Shown piece after piece: positions 63,790-64,000 of a DNA stretch of 64,000 nt (its first letter is position 1; each line of letters opens with the position of its first letter). A program made the translations under genes and the position numbers. The stretch is from contig JAKMXF010000357.1 in assembly GCA_024704765.1 (NCBI GenBank), positions 82,678-146,677 on the forward strand. Reading direction: 5' to 3'. The stretch comes from Oopsacas minuta (lineage: Eukaryota; Animalia; Porifera). The notes below the pieces were generated by a model. That model was not told the DNA's origin and made no database searches. It was given only the letters and a program-made list of their open reading frames with translations.

Positions 63790-64000
63790 CAGGGTGGCCA
63801 ATAAGTTCTGACCCAAAATTAAAAACTTACCATAATGTAAGATATGTAAGTATTCACTATTTCTAATGAATTATATCTTGAGTAGACCATTTATCTACCA
63901 TCATCTAACACCTTGATTGCATATTAGCCCACACAAGATTTTTTTCACAATGAATCAGGAAAGAGCAGCAATAATTGAAGTATTTTCTAATGGAAAATGT
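63790..64000 (+). mobile_element. Start of another maT element, running off the window
   Basis: TA + CAGGGTGGCCAATAAGTTCTG. ATG at 63950 gives MNQERAAIIEVFSNGKC, matching MMEHERSAIIELAKNGK at 58743. Confidence 0.85.

Noticed and set aside
57711-64000. COPS2 exon 3 (expected GKLY...)
   Set aside because: No acceptor followed by a matching phase-1 frame was found by eye; it is presumably beyond the window.

Overview
AT-rich eukaryotic (animal) DNA, mostly layers of nested DNA transposons. The style suggests an early-branching metazoan such as a glass sponge, but that is a guess. There are three host genes: twinfilin (7179-8246, minus, single exon), cystinosin (27652-28740, minus, one large exon) and the first two coding exons of COP9 signalosome subunit 2 (47264-47548 and 57545-57710, plus), separated by a 10-kb TE-filled intron. 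The transposons include hAT/Buster, Tc1, mariner, maT (DD37D), Merlin, P, MULE and Tigger types. Two systems stand out. (1) A 5.35-kb KDZ/Zisupton-class element (41616-46962) with an 8-bp TSD and two convergent spliced genes: a CxC-KDZ transposase, and a partner built from an NRF1/Ewg-type DNA-binding domain, a Ulp1-like cysteine protease and a PHD finger. Both inverted repeats carry the NRF1 core palindrome GCGCATGCGC. (2) Four copies of a RAG1-like (Transib superfamily) transposon. One is full length (13981-19468), ends in the perfect RSS heptamer CACAGTG, has a second ATTAGG motif at unequal spacings (14 bp at the 5' end, 23 bp at the 3' end), and is flanked by an apparent 6-bp TSD whose empty site survives in a sister repeat. 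All TE coding regions here carry frameshifts or stops. Protein family calls come from motif recognition by eye, not from database searches.
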